From Heterodontus francisci (Eukaryota): 64,000 nucleotides of DNA. The notes beneath the pieces are model-generated. The model saw nothing but the letters and a program-made list of their open reading frames with translations. It made no database searches and was not told where the DNA came from. Positions 35,381 to 48,539 of this stretch are shown in pieces. The stretch is from contig NC_090417.1 of NCBI RefSeq assembly GCF_036365525.1, positions 2,342,832 through 2,406,831 of the forward strand, in the 5' to 3' direction. Position numbers and translations under genes: made by a program. Numbering within the stretch: position 1 is the stretch's first letter; every line of letters begins with the position of its first letter.

Positions 35381-38075
35381 TTCAAGTCCCTGGGAAGGAC
35401 GGCATTACCCCTGAAATAATCAGGAGTGCCAAGCCTGCTATACTTTCAGCACTCTATGAACTGCTTTGCCTGTGCTGGGACGAGGGAGCAGTACCACGAG
35501 ACATGCACGATGCCGATGTCCCAGGCCCAACCATCTTCCGCTGCTTCATCAATGACCTTCCTTCAATCATAAGGTCAGAAGTGGGGATGTTTGCTGATGA
35601 TTGCACAATGTTCAGCACCATTTGTGACTCCTCAGATACTGAAGCAGTCCGTGTAGAAATGCAGCAAGACCTGGACAATATACAGGCTTGGGCTGATAAG
35701 TGGCAAGTAACATTTGCGCCACACAAATGCCAAGCAATGACCATCTCCAACAAGAGAGAATCTAACCATCTCCCCTTGACATTCAACGGCATTACCATCA
35801 CTGAATCCCCCACTATCAACACCCTAGGGGCTACCATTGACCAGAAACTGAACTGGAGTAGTCATCTAAATACCGCGGCTACAAGAGCAGGTCAGAAGCT
35901 AGGAATCCTGAGGCGAGGAACTCACCTCCTGTCTCCCCAAAGCCTGTCCGCCATCTGCAAGGCACAAGTCAGGAGTGTGATGGAATACTCTCCACTTGCC
36001 TGGATGGGTGCAGCTCCAACAACACTCAAGAAGCTCGACACCATCCAGGACAAAGCAGCCCGCTTGATCGGAACCCCATCTATAAACATACACTCCCTCC
36101 ACTACCGATGCACAGTGGCAGCAGTGTGTACCATCTACAAGATGCAATGCACCAAGGCTCCTTAGACAGCACCTTCCAAACCCGCGACCTCTACCAACTA
36201 GAAGGACAAGGGCAGCAAATACATGGGAACACCACCACCTGCAAGTTCCCCTCCAAGTCACACACCATCCTGACTTGGAACTATATCGCCATTCCTTCAC
36301 TGTCACTGGGTCAAAATCCTGGAACTCCCTTCCTAACAGCACTGTGGGTGTACCTACCCCACATGGACTGCAGCGGTTCAAGAAGGCAGCTCACCACCAC
36401 CTTCTCAAGGGCAATTAGGGATGGGCAATAAATGCTGGCCTGGCCAACGACGCCCACATCCCATGAATGAATAAAAAAAAATATATATCATCACCCTCTA
36501 TAAGAACAAGGGTGACCGCGGTGACTGCAACAACTACCGTGGAATCTCCCTGCTCAGCATAGTGAGGAAAGTGTTCGCTCGAGTCGTTTTAAACAGGCTC
36601 CAGAAGCTGGCTGTGCTTGTCTACCCTGAGGCACAGTGCGGCTTTCGAGCAGACAGATCCACCACTGACAGGCTGTTCTCCCTTCGCCAGCTGCAGGAGA
36701 AATGCCGCGAACAACAGATGCCCCTCTATGTTGCTTTCATTGATCTCATCAAAGCCTTTGACCTCGTCAGCAGACGTGGTCTCTTCAGACTACTAGAAAA
36801 GATCGGATGTCCACCAAAGCTACTAAGTATCATCACCTCATTCCATGACAATATGAAGGGCACAATTCAGCATAGTGGCGCCTCATCAGACCCCTTTCCA
36901 ATCCTGCGTGGCGTGAAAGGGCTGTGTTCTCGCACCTACACTGTTTGGGATCTTCTCCCTGCTGCTCTCGCGTGTTCAAGTCTTCAGAAGAAGGAATTTT
37001 CCTCCACACAAGATCAGATTGCAGGTTGTTCAACCTTGCCCGTCTTAGAGTGAAGACCAAAGTACGGAAAGTCCTCATCAAGGAACTCCTCTTTGCTGAC
37101 GATGCTGCATTAACATCCCACACAGAAGAGTGTCTGCAGAGGATTGCGGCTACCTCCAACGAATTTGGCCTAAACATCAGCCTCTCAAAAATGAACATGG
37201 GACAGGACATCAGAAATGCTCCATCTATCAATGTCGGCGACCGCGTTCTGGAAGTGGTTCAAGAGTTCACCTACCCAGGCTCAGCTATCACCAGTAACCT
37301 GTCTCTCGTTGCAGAAATCAACAAGCGCATGGGAAAGGCTTCCACTGTTATGTCCAGACTGGCCAAGAGAGTGTGGGAAAATGGCACACTGACACGGAAC
37401 ACAAAAGTCCGAGTGTATCAAGTCTGTGTCCTCAGTACCTTGCTCTGCGGCAGCGAGGCTTGGACAACGTATGTCAGCCAAGAGTGACGTCTCAATTCAT
37501 TCCATCTTCGCTGCCTCCGGAGAATCCTTGGCATCAGGTGGCAGGACTGTATCTCCAACGCAGAAGTCCTCGAGGCGGCCAACATCCCCAGCATATACAC
37601 CCATACTGAGCCAGCGGCGCTTGAGATGACTTGGCCATGTGAGCCGCATGGAAGATGGCAGGATCCCCAAGGACGCATTGTACAGCGAGCTCGTCACTGG
37701 TATCAGACCTACCAGCCGTCCATGTCTCCGCTTTAAAGACGTCTGCAAACGCGACATGAAGTCCTGTGACATTGATCACGAGTCGTGGGAGTCAGTTGCC
37801 AGTGATCGCCAGAGCTGGCGGGCTGCCATAAAGGCGGGGCTAAAGTGTGGCGAGTCGAAGAGACTTCGCAGTTGGCAGGAAAAAAGACAGAAGCGCAAGG
37901 GGAGAGCCAACTGTGTAACCACCCCGACAACCAATTTTATCTGCAGCACCTGTGGAAGAGTCTGTCGCTCTAGAATTGGCCTTTATAGCCACTCCAGGCA
38001 CTGCTTCACAAACCACTGACCACCTCCAGGCGCTTACCCATTGTCTCTCGAGACAAGGAGGCCAAAGAAGAAGAA
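35381..38075 (+). mobile_element. RTE-clade LINE, 5'-truncated, interrupted at ~35518
   Basis: LYKNKGDRGDCNNYRGISLL, EAQCGFR, LLFADD, C-terminal CSTCGRVCRSRIGLYSH Zn motif, (GAA)n tail. Confidence 0.9.
35518..36482 (+). mobile_element. CR1-group LINE family B inserted inside the RTE
   Basis: ORF 35503-36165 (FINDLP, MFADD, AWADKWQVTF); ends atgaatgaataaaaaaaaa; RTE frame resumes at ~36485. Confidence 0.88.
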
Positions 38076-38113
38076 TCCCAGCGATCGGTTTTGGGCCAGC
38101 TACTGTTCACTGT

Positions 38114-39169
38114 TGTCACTTTCATGAGAAGTGCAGCAATGAAAATACAGAACCAAACTTAAGAGTTAAGTAAAAATTGACTTTTCCTTTAAAAAGTGGA
38201 CAATGTGCTGCAAAATGGCTGCCGAAGGTCGGGTGACTTGGCCTGTATACTCGAACTGTTTCGCTGTCTATTAAGGACATTGCAGGCTAGGTGGTGTCTA
38301 ATACACCCATCCTGAAAACATCGTGACATTCCTGAATTGAATGGGTTCTTCTGAAACCAAGAAAGTGTGACATAGCAGCATCCTGGGCCATTGTGTGGTC
38401 ACAACAGGGAAGGATCCATGCTTCTCCTACCAGAGGCTAATGTGAAAGAGAGAGAGAGTTCACAAGAACATTACAGAAAGGAAGTCCAGCCAGTGACTGT
38501 AGAAAGGCCAACTGTGAATCCTATACTTCAACTCGGTGCAGCAGAGAACTGAAAGTGACCATTGCTGTTAATCGGTTAATCTGTTAATTGTGTATCAATT
38601 GTTTAATTATATGTAGATGGAAGGTGTTAATTGGGGTCTGCCTTGAGCACTTGTAAGCAGACACTTACTGAGACTGGTGGAGGTTTTTGAGTGAGGAGCT
38701 ACATGTTTGTCATGCTTTTACTCTGTACAATAAATGTGAAACCAAGTAAAGATAGGCTCCACCATTATCCTTCCACAAGAAGTTTTCTGGAATTTAACAG
38801 ACGCCTCCAGTCTGAAGTCTTAACCACCAGAAAACTAGAAGCACACAGGCGTGCAACTTTAAAAAGAAACTGCTGAGAATGTTCAGGTTTACCATGAACC
38901 CCGAACACCTACAAATCACTTGCCCTTTTCCTCTCTATCTATCTATTTGCACATGTGTGTGAGAGAGAGAGTGAATGGGTGCACTTGCGACCATTTCGGG
39001 AATGAATATTGTTCAATAAATAGTGAATCTTCTGTTTTAACCCTACATGGAAACTTGTCACTGTCTGTCTATTTGTAGAATAAAACCCGAGTAACAAAAA
39101 CACCTGCTGTGGTCCATTGGGAGGTGAACAGTAGGAACAAGCCATGCCATCACCCACCTGGCCGTAACA
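38114..39169 (+). mobile_element. Solo LTR (Ty3/Gypsy-like) with 4-bp TSD
   Basis: TGTCAC...GTAACA; CTGT at 38110-38113 and 39170-39173; AATAAA near 39015. Confidence 0.75.
38566..38799 (+). mobile_element. Short putative solo LTR nested in the larger LTR
   Basis: TGTTAA...TTAACA termini, internal AATAAA near 38729; no clear TSD. Confidence 0.45.
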
Positions 39170-39869
39170 CTGTCTTTATTAATGACCTGGAGAATAGTGT
39201 ATGAAGCATAGTCAGTAAGTTTGTAGATGGTACTAAAATCAATGCAAGGCTGGAGACAGTAGAGGAGTCAAAGGCAAAAAGATCAAGATGTTCTCGGGGA
39301 GCAGGCCACGCAGTGGCAAATGGCATTTAATCTCAATATATATGGTGTCAGGCATGTTGGTCAGACCAGCACAGAATATCATTTGCAGGCTACAATACTG
39401 AAAATAGGGCAGGAGAGAACAAGGTCATTGTGTTGATGTGCATAGATCATTGAAGGGTCCTGACCAACATGGAGAAATGGTAGGTAAAGCTAACAGGGTA
39501 TTATATTAATAGAGCCATTCAGTAAAAATCAAATCATTTTGTCACGATACAGGTCACTCTTCAGACCGCACTCCAAATACTGCATCCGGTTTTGGTTTCC
39601 CCACATGATGGGGGACATAGTAGCCTTGGAAACTGTCCAAAGGAGAGCTACAAAAATGATTCCTAGTTTAAAGAACCTCAGCTACTCTGGCTCAAGGAGG
39701 TTAGACTATTTACTTTAGAGCAGGTAGACTTGTATAGACCTCTATCAGGTCACTTCTAATAATTAAAAGTCCAGATAGTGTTCCTATTGATTATTCCAGT
39801 GTAACAGATTAGAGAGGAGCAGGTGTCATGAGTTTAAACAAATGAATAGATTGGATGTTGGGCTGACCT

Positions 39870-40290
39870 AAATTGGTACGTCTTGATTTTAAAATTCTCA
39901 TCCTTGTTTTCAAATTCTTCCATGGCCTCGTCCCCTCCCTATCTCTGTAATCTCCTCCAGCCCCATAACCCTCCAAGATATCTGCACTCCTCTAATTCTG
40001 GCCTCTTGTGCACCCCTGATCTTAATTGCTCCACCATTGGTAGTCATGCCTTCAGTTGCCTTGGCCCCAAGTTCTGGAGTATCCTCTCTACACCTCCTTG
40101 CCTCTCCACCTCATTTTCCTCCTTTTAAGACACTCCTTAAAACCTACCTCTTTGACCAAGCTTTTGATCATCTGACCGAATATCTCCTCTTGTGGCTCGG
40201 TGTCATACTTTGTTTTATATTGCTCCTGTGAAGCACCTTGGGACGGTTTATTATGTTAAAGGTGCTATATAAATTTATGTTGTTGTTGGA
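39870..40290 (+). mobile_element. L2 3' end
   Basis: Typical 3' end ...aaaggtgctatataaat...gttgttgttg. Confidence 0.8.
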
Positions 40291-42994
40291 TCTTTCTTTC
40301 CCATAGAGTAGTGAGCCTCTGGAATGTGTTGCTGACTGGTGTGACGGACTGTACGCATTCACAAAGGAGCTGGACGGGATCCTGACTGGGGCAGAGATCA
40401 CATCATATGGAAGGTAAGTGTCTTTATACACAACACTTGGTCCACATGATCTCCTGGACAGGTTTTGATTGCCTGGGGGTGGGTTAAAAGTGGAATTTGA
40501 GTGTTTTTTCTCTTATGGATCTTGGTTTTCTCCCCCCAACTCGTGTTTTTGCCTCTCCCAGGAGATCACAGCTGCCGGCGGAAGTTTTTAAGTGATAATG
40601 CTGCAGCCAATATGAGTGTGGGGCAGGCTTGATAGACCCAACTGGAAGTGACTATGAAGGAGTTCGATCCATTTGGAATTGTGCTCGAGCTAGTGTAAGT
40701 TATCTGGAGCCAATCTATTGCATAATCCCAACCATTAATTAATATCTTGTCTCGGGTTTGTAGAAATGGTTTTGTTCACTGTTTCTAGTTGTTAGACTAT
40801 TGTTGAATGAAAGATCAAATGGGCTTCAGAACAGACACAGGCAAATCAGTCAGTTCCATCAGGCCCTGATTAAAATTCTGATACAGCTGCAAAACTATGT
40901 GGCAAATTTCACACTTGACGGGATTAAATTACATGAATTGCTGACACATGAAGTGTGAGTTGGTATTTGTACAAGTGGGGAATTGTGGAATTAATAGCAA
41001 AGGAGGAGGTTTTTTTTCTCATTACAGATTTTCAAGTTGGCTCAGAAACATCCAGAGATTAATTTATCCTGGTTTTCTAGTTTGAAGTGGCATGTTCTGA
41101 GTAGAAAGCAGTTAACAGTGATACTTATCGACTTGCATTTATGACAATACCTTTAACATAGACAAATGTTGCAGTACACTTCAGAGGCAGGAAAAAGACT
41201 GCAGTGAGGAATGGAATTGGTAGCCAGGGTGCAGAAGTTGTGGTGGGGGTCTTCCTAATGTTTAACAGGCAGAAATTGTTGTTCATGCAAGACCTGGGAA
41301 GGAATCTTTTTTCCAGGGACAAACAGGATGTGAGTGGTGGAGGATACAAGGAAGTGGTTGGAGATGATCTTGACTGCCATCAGGACCTTGGGAGTAGAGA
41401 GGCACCGGAGATGGCAAGGCTGAGGGATTGCCCGTCAATAAGGATGGGAGTGTTTATATGAAGAGAGAGATTTAAAGAGGGCAGTAAATTCAGAGCAGAG
41501 AGGGCAGGGGGAGCTGAGATGGACATTTAATTCACGGAGGATGACAGAAGTGACAGCAGATGGGATGGCATTAAGCAGCAAGGTGTCACTAACCATGCAC
41601 CAAGTTTTAGTCATAGCTAGGATGTTAATGAAACCATCCATAGTGAAGTCAGGGAAGGCAAGGACCTTATTCACAATTTTGCCATTTGGAGGGAAATGCA
41701 GAGAGATTGTTCCATTGGCAGAGCTGAGGAGGTACTGGTTGGTAGAGTGAGTGGAATGCGAAGGATGTTGCTGAGTTTCATTCCCAGGAGGTATATTGGT
41801 TGGGAAGGGTGGCAAGAGAGCAGGATGGGGCAGTGGAGGTTCTGCTCACAAGGAGCCAGCAATTAGTGCCTTGATGTAACTTTGGAGAGCGCGAAAATAG
41901 GCCCAGAGGTTTTCCAAGGGGGATTCAAGCCTGGAACAATGACAGGAGAACAGAAAGGAAGAGTGATGGATTTAGGTGGGGATTGGGCTGGGGCAAAATT
42001 CCAAAAAAGAGAGAAATTACAGTTGGTATGACTGGACAACAGGTAGGGGAGGAGATAGGAGAGAAGGGGGGTAAAGAGGGGGAAAAAGGAGATAGAAATA
42101 ATGGGCTCAGATCCAGAGAAGCAATAAAAAATGTGAGCAAGAATAGGCACAGCAGATTCAGGTTGTGTAGTCATGGCAGAGGTTCAAAGAGAGGTGCCCT
42201 GGTCATAAATAGAAGCCCTTTTTCTGTACTCTCGTGCCTTGTCTTGGATGGATCAAAAATTGTTATTCGATCCCTTAATGATATGGTAAGTAGGGTAATA
42301 TCTGATCAACCAACCATCAGCCAACAAGTGCCAAAAGTCACAAAACATCAATTTTTTTGAGTTGGTGCCCCTTTGGTGCTTTGCTCGGTAACAGACTGAC
42401 CCTGGTCTATGCTGATTCCCTAATTATTTACATTGCCTCTGCCACTTCCCTTCTTTCCCCAGCCCACAAAGTCAAACTTCCTCTAAAATTCCCCCATGCC
42501 CTAGCCCCTAACTCACATCTTTCCCTCGTTTCTCTCTGATCTTTGCTCAGATATCATCTCATCCATGGCACCCACTGCTGCTCCCTTGACCCTATTCCTA
42601 CCAAACTGCTGACTACCCAGCTACCATTCCTGGCCCCCATGTCTCCTAAGGCACTGTCCCCCTTCCTTTCAAATTTGCCGTCACCCTGCCTCTTCTGTAA
42701 AATCCAAATGTTGAACACACTCTCCTTGCAAATTGCTGCCTCGCCACCCTTTCCTCCTAAGTCTTGATGTGTTGGCGCCTCCCAAATCCGTCCCCATCTT
42801 ACCTGCAACTCCATCTTTGAACCCCACCAATCAGGTTTCTGCTCCTGCCACAGCATTAAAGTCGCAAATGACATCCGATGTTACTGGTCATGGTAAAATA
42901 TCCCACTGCTGTCTTAACATGATTGCAGCGTATGATACAGTTGACCACACCCTATAATGGCTCTAATGCCTCTGCACCATCATGCAGCTGGGCG

Positions 42995-43945
42995 AACATA
43001 AGAAATAGGAGTAGGCTATTCAACAAGATCATGGCTGATCTGCCCCAGACCTCAACCCCTCTTTCGTGCTGGTTCCTCATAGCCCTCAACTCCATGATCT
43101 TTCAAAAATCTATCTACCTCCTCTTTAAATACTTTCAGTGATCTAGCCTCCACAACTCTGAGGTAGAGAACTCCAGACATTCACTAGCTTCTGAGAGAAG
43201 AAATTCCTTCACATCTCAGTTTTAAATGTCTGTAACTAGGTCCCCTAGTTAGAGATTCCCCCACTAGTGGAACCATCTTCTCAACATCTACCCTGTCAAG
43301 CCCCCTCAGAATCTTGTACGTTTCAATAAGATCACCCCTCATTCTTCTAAACTCTAATGAATAAAGACCTAACCTGTTTAGCCGTTCTTGATAAGTCAAC
43401 CCCTTCATCCCAGGAATCAGCCTCGTGAATCTCTTTTGAACTGCCTCCAATGCTAGTATATTCTTAAGTACAGGGACCAAAACTGTACACAGTACTCCAG
43501 ATGTAGCCTCACCAACATCCCTCTCACAAGTCTTGTACAGTTGCAACAAGACTTCCCTATTTTTAAACTCCATCTCCCTTGCAATAAAGGCCAAAATCCC
43601 ATTTGCCTTCTTAATTACTTGCTGCATTTGCATGCTAACATTTTGTATTTCATGCACAAGAACACCCAGATCCCTCTCTGCTGCACTTTTTTGGAGTCTC
43701 TCTCTATTTAAATAATAGTCTGCCTTTTGATTCTTCCTACCAAAGTGCATGACCTCACATTTTCCTACATTAAACTCCATCTGCCAAGTTTTTGCCCACT
43801 CACTCAACCTATCTATATCCCCTTGCAGATTCCTTATGTCCTCATCACAACATGCCCTCCCACATATTATTGTATCAGCAAGTATGGCGATATTATACTC
43901 TGCCCTCTCCTCCAAGTCATTAATATATATAGTAAACAATTGAGG
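42995..43945 (-). mobile_element. CR1 3' portion inserted in L2
   Basis: ORF 43184-43939; same subfamily as 5702-7190; tail gaacataagaa. Confidence 0.92.
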
Positions 43946-44549
43946 CCTGAGGGTGGGAATTCCCTCGCCTGCTTTTATTTTTATCTGTCCAACTGTAGCC
44001 AGAGAATCAACTGCAATGGCTTCTCATGCCGCTCCCGTTCTGTTATCTCTGTTCCTCCAAGGATCTATCCCTACCTTGTTTCCATTTCTCATCTACCTGC
44101 TGCCTCTCATTGCCATCATCTGAAAACACAGTTTCCACATATATGCTAAAGACACTCAGCTCTATCTCGCCACCATTTCTTTCGACCTCTCCACTGCCTC
44201 TGATTTGACTTCTGGTACTGGATGAGCAGAAATTTCCCCCAGCCAAATATTGAGAAGACCAAAGCCATTGTCTTCAGTCCCTGCCATGAATTCTGTTCCT
44301 GGCAACTGTCTGAGGTAGAACAAGACTCTTCACAACCTTGGTGTCATATTTGACCCCGAGATGAGTTTCCAACCATAAATCTGCTTTATCACCAAAACCG
44401 CCTATTTCCACCTCTGCAACATCATCCATCTCCCCCAGCCCATCTACTGCTGAAACATTCATCCATGCTGCTGTTAGCTCTAGACTTGACTATGCCAATG
44501 CCCTCACAGCCGGCCTCCCATTTTCCACCCTTCATAAACTTGAATTCAT

Positions 44550-44617
44550 AGAATCACAGAGAGATACAGCACTGAAACAGGCCCTTCGGCCCACCGAGTC
44601 TGTGCCGACCAACAACC
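44550..44617 (-). mobile_element. 68-bp HE1/CR1 3'-tail retro-insertion with 8-bp TSD
   Basis: GAATTCAT at 44542-44549 and 44618-44625; insert matches 23382-23437. Confidence 0.85.
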
Positions 44618-45696
44618 GAATTCATCCAAAACTTTCCACGTACACTGACTCGCACCAAGTCCCATTCATGCATCACTTCTGTACTCTCTGACTTATATTA
44701 GCTCCTGGCCCACAAAGGCCTCGATTTTAAAATTCTTTTCCTTATTTTCAAATCATCCCATGGCCTTGCACCTCCCTATCTCTCTAACCTCCTCCAGCCC
44801 TGCAAACCTCCAAGATATCTCTGCTCCTCCAATTCTAGCCTCTTGTGCATCACCCATTTTGATCGTTTTAAGCATTGCTTTCAAGCTTTGGAATACCGCC
44901 CTAAACCCCCCTGCCACTCTAGCGCTCTCTAGCTATGTAAACAATAGCTTACATTTATGTAGTGCATTTAACAAGCAAAATGAATAAAAACATTTTTGAC
45001 ATTCTGTGATACTGAGCTGCACAAGGTGGAATCAGGAAAGATGACCAAAAGCTTGATCAAAGAGGTAGGTTTTAGGGAACATCTGAAGAGGATTTAAAAT
45101 TTGACACTCCTTAAAACCTATCTCTTTGACTAAGCTTTTGATAACCTGTGCTAATACCTCCTTATGTGAGCTGGTGTTCAATTTTGTTTGATATTGCTGC
45201 TGTGAAGCACCTTTTGCTTTGCTCATTTTCCTCCCTTCTGAGAATCTGGCAGCAGCAGTGTCTGAGACTGGATGCGCACATTTGTTTTCTTAATGCTGAG
45301 AGTTCAAGTGCTTTTGAGTTCTTCATTAATTTAGGCTCTGATGCACAACTCAAGTGTAGGTAGGTTGCAGTGAAAAAATAATAGTCCGTGCTGAGCCTTG
45401 ACGTTGACGCACAGCCGCCTGCACTGATGCTGCCTCACGCACTTAGCAGCAAGCACTACTCTTGGGGGATGAGTCCTTGATGGACGAAATGAGTGCAATC
45501 ATTAGGTGCTTAGACCTGGTTGGGATATAGATGACGCAGGGGCTTGCTGTCCTGAGGTGTGCGTGCAAGGTTTTTTTCTCTTCAAGACCACCATTCCATT
45601 CTTATAAGGGCATCTAGACCCTGTTTCACAAGCTGGGTCTTGGTCATGCAGCAAAGATTTGCAGTCTGTACATTTTTAATCCAGAGCAGGTTCAAA

Positions 45697-45959
45697 ATGA
45701 ACGAGATCACTCATGCTTTCAGGGAGCTGTTGACACTGAAGGAGACCAAGATTCTGGAGCTGGAGCTTCACCTTGTTCAGAAAGAGCAGGAGATCCAGGA
45801 TCTGAAGAGTAAACGCCACAAGTGTCACTCTGTGCTCCCGAAGACCCAACTCGCACCCAGGGCCAGGAGGGCTCAGGGCATCTCTGCCGAGCCGCAGTGT
45901 TGTCTGCCCTCTTCCGATTTGTACATCGCTAGGCTTCAAGAACATGAGAAACCAGATGG
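45697..45959 (+). CDS. prkg1: cGMP-dependent protein kinase I, alpha-type first coding exon (diverged; donor non-canonical)
   Basis: MNEITHAFRELLTLKETKILELELHLVQKEQEIQDLKSKRHKCHSVLP...RAQGISAEP aligns in register with the PKG-Ialpha zipper (L12,I19,L26,I33), Cys43 and the pseudosubstrate; the homologous phase-2 boundary reads GG|GCAGGA. Confidence 0.8.
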
Positions 45960-48539
45960 GCAGGACTGCACTTTCAGTTCCATGATCCTGTTTGTAAAGG
46001 AAGTAATGACTGATGCTAAGTGGGACTCCTCTCCTCGGTCAATATTAAAATGCTGGTATTTTCACTAATTGCTTAGCAGATTAGACTTTCAGAAAATAAT
46101 ATCATGGGATACAGTATTTGATTAATTTGAGACATGACCTGAGTGTAGCATGCTTGAGAGGAACAGGTGAGTTTGAACCGATGGTTTACAAAGCTCTCCT
46201 CCACTGGGGCTTTTCCTCAGCTCATGTCTCGGTTTGTTGTAGACTCATTGATGGAGATTGATCGCTGTGATTAGTTGACAGTTTCATGATCGTTGCATCT
46301 ACCAGGATGGTAGATGGTGAATTTGATGGGCATTGGTCTTTTATCGTTCAACAGTTCCTCTGTTCCTATGCTTTTTCATCAAATTCTCAACGATTGGAGA
46401 CCAAAACCAGAGGTCGCAAATATAAGATTGCCACTGATATATAATAAATCCAGAAGGAATTCAGGAGAAATGTCTTTACTCAGACACTGGTGAGAATGTG
46501 AAACATCCTCTTATATGGAATAGTTAAAGTGAATAGCACAGATGCATTTAAGGGGAAGCTAGATTGTGGCACTAAAAGGTGCTGTATAAATGAACATTAT
46601 TGAAAGATAAGTACAAAGCATCAGTATCACTGCAGTGGAGCTGAACTCAGCTGAAAATGCCTCTTGATGGAGTTTTCGATGTGGCGTTTCATGTGCAGCT
46701 GCCTTTGGGTGGTGGGACAGGGGTGGAATATTGAGACAAGTTTCTGAGAGTTGCCAGGGTTTTGGGGGAGCTAGTGGAAGTTGAACTTGCTTTGGATCAG
46801 TAGTCCAGTAATGTAACCACTACACTCCCACAACCAATACATGCACAAGCTTAAAACCCTTTCTGCAATTAAACAGCCTGAGGCCTGAGTGGGAACACTC
46901 TTTAATGGCCTGTCTTACCCTCAGTCATCCTATAGCCTTGCAGGACGAATTGGCGCACAATTGTTACCGTGGGTAGGGCACTGGAGGCACGAGAAAACCA
47001 TATAGCTTATAGGGAGGCACTTGGCTCTTGCTGTGGGAGTTGTTAATGCCAGCGATAACAATTTGCATTAATACAATGCCTTTCCTACGCAACAACAGTG
47101 ACTACACTTCAAAAAGTACTTCATTGTCTGTAAAGCACCTTGGGGCATCGAAAGGCGCTATAGAAATTTTTTAGTAACACGGGAAAACAGCCCAGTAACA
47201 TTTTGCTGGTCGCAGGTTATCATCTGAGCACCTGAACTGTCACCCTGGCTAAGCTGTGAAGCAGCACAGAGCCACAACTTTCCACCTCCTCCTCTGCCTC
47301 CTGAATCCTGGGGGTGGTGTTGGTGAGCAGATTCTCCTCCAATCTGGACCTTTTGTCTATCCTTTTCTGGTTTGATGGTGTTGAAGCTTGAGGCCCAAGA
47401 TCGCGTGCATCTTGGATTTATCCATCGAGTCGCGAGATTGTTCCCTGTGCTCTATTTTTTGACAGGCTCAACTATTTAGGCCTTGATGTCCTCACAGTTG
47501 AACTTTCCAGCAAGGGTCACAGGTTGGCAATCAGGCAAAGGAGACCTAGACTGGGAGTCAAATTTGGAAACTTTTTGGTCTGTGACTTCATTCACCACAG
47601 GGCAGTGAGCCGAACAATTAAAGCATAGAGAGTTCTTGGTGTCGTCTTCATATGTTCACAGAACATGTGCACACTCTCCAGCAGGAGTCACTGTGTTATG
47701 ATCCTTTCCCCCTCCCAGAGGTGATGGCAATTGTAGCAGCTCCTATTTCTACTCTGGCTGAGTTCAGCCAATCAGCACACACCGAGGATTGAACTTGCAA
47801 CCTTGCATGGCTTTAGTTACTCAATACTATTAGCAGCTGAGCTGCTGGGTGAGGTTCCTAACCTTTCGATGTGGGATTTGTTGTCAGTTTACCATAGATT
47901 TACAAATAAGCCATGAAATCCATTCAGTGCATTAAGCCTTCCTTTCAAAGGTTTCTCTGCTAATTACTCAGGGACATGACAGCAAGTTGCATAAGCCACT
48001 GGAGTGATTACTATGGAGACATTTTTATATTGGAGGATTGCTAAGCTCAGTGCCCAGTTAGGGCGCAAAGTACTTTGAGTGGAGGTTAAAAGGGTGTGCA
48101 CTTTCTTCTTTTTAAAAAAAAAAACTATTTAAATAGTTCATAAGTGTCTGCTTTTGTGGGGCCATTGATAACCATAAACTTGGAGTTTGTTACATGAGGG
48201 GTGATGCATAGCTGGGGCTGCAAAACATCACTAGGATTTGGATTCTGTCCACAATATTACGGCAGGACTGAAAAGTAAATCCATGATGCCTGGGATTACA
48301 CACGTACTCCACTGCTGAACAGATTACTAGAGGAGTAAGACAGTCTGAATTGTCAGCATGTTCATTTGTACATTTCCATCAGTGTTTTTGTCTCCTGTTT
48401 CTTGTTTGAGAGACTTGTTGATGAGTGCTATCACAGCACTGTAGGAGCACTGAATGACTCTGGACCTCTGGCAATATTATCTCCCATTGTACCTCGTGGA
48501 CACATTAAGTCGAGAATATCGGAGCAGCTTGTTTTGGCA

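Larger units (their letters stand above)
35090..39860 (+). mobile_element. Old CR1 copy split into three pieces (35090-35380, 38076-38113, 39170-39860)
   Basis: The RT motif [20 protein letters not shown] is only recovered by joining ...ggtgtatcc(35380) + cagcgatcggttttgggcc...ttcactgt(38113) + ctttattaatgacctg. Confidence 0.8.
41400..45210. mobile_element. Fragmented L2 sequence (minus-strand endonuclease piece ~41400-41860; plus-strand RT pieces 42500-42990 and 43950-45210)
   Basis: INILAMTKTW; SLDPIPTKLL; AAYDTVDH; tctagacttgactat; L2 3' end. Confidence 0.65.

Noticed and set aside
45559-45696. N-terminal extensions in the ORF track for the PKG alpha, PKG beta (53428-53493) and ATAD1 exons
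   Set aside because: Begin at non-ATG codons or run through splice acceptors; homology starts at the ATGs or exon boundaries given
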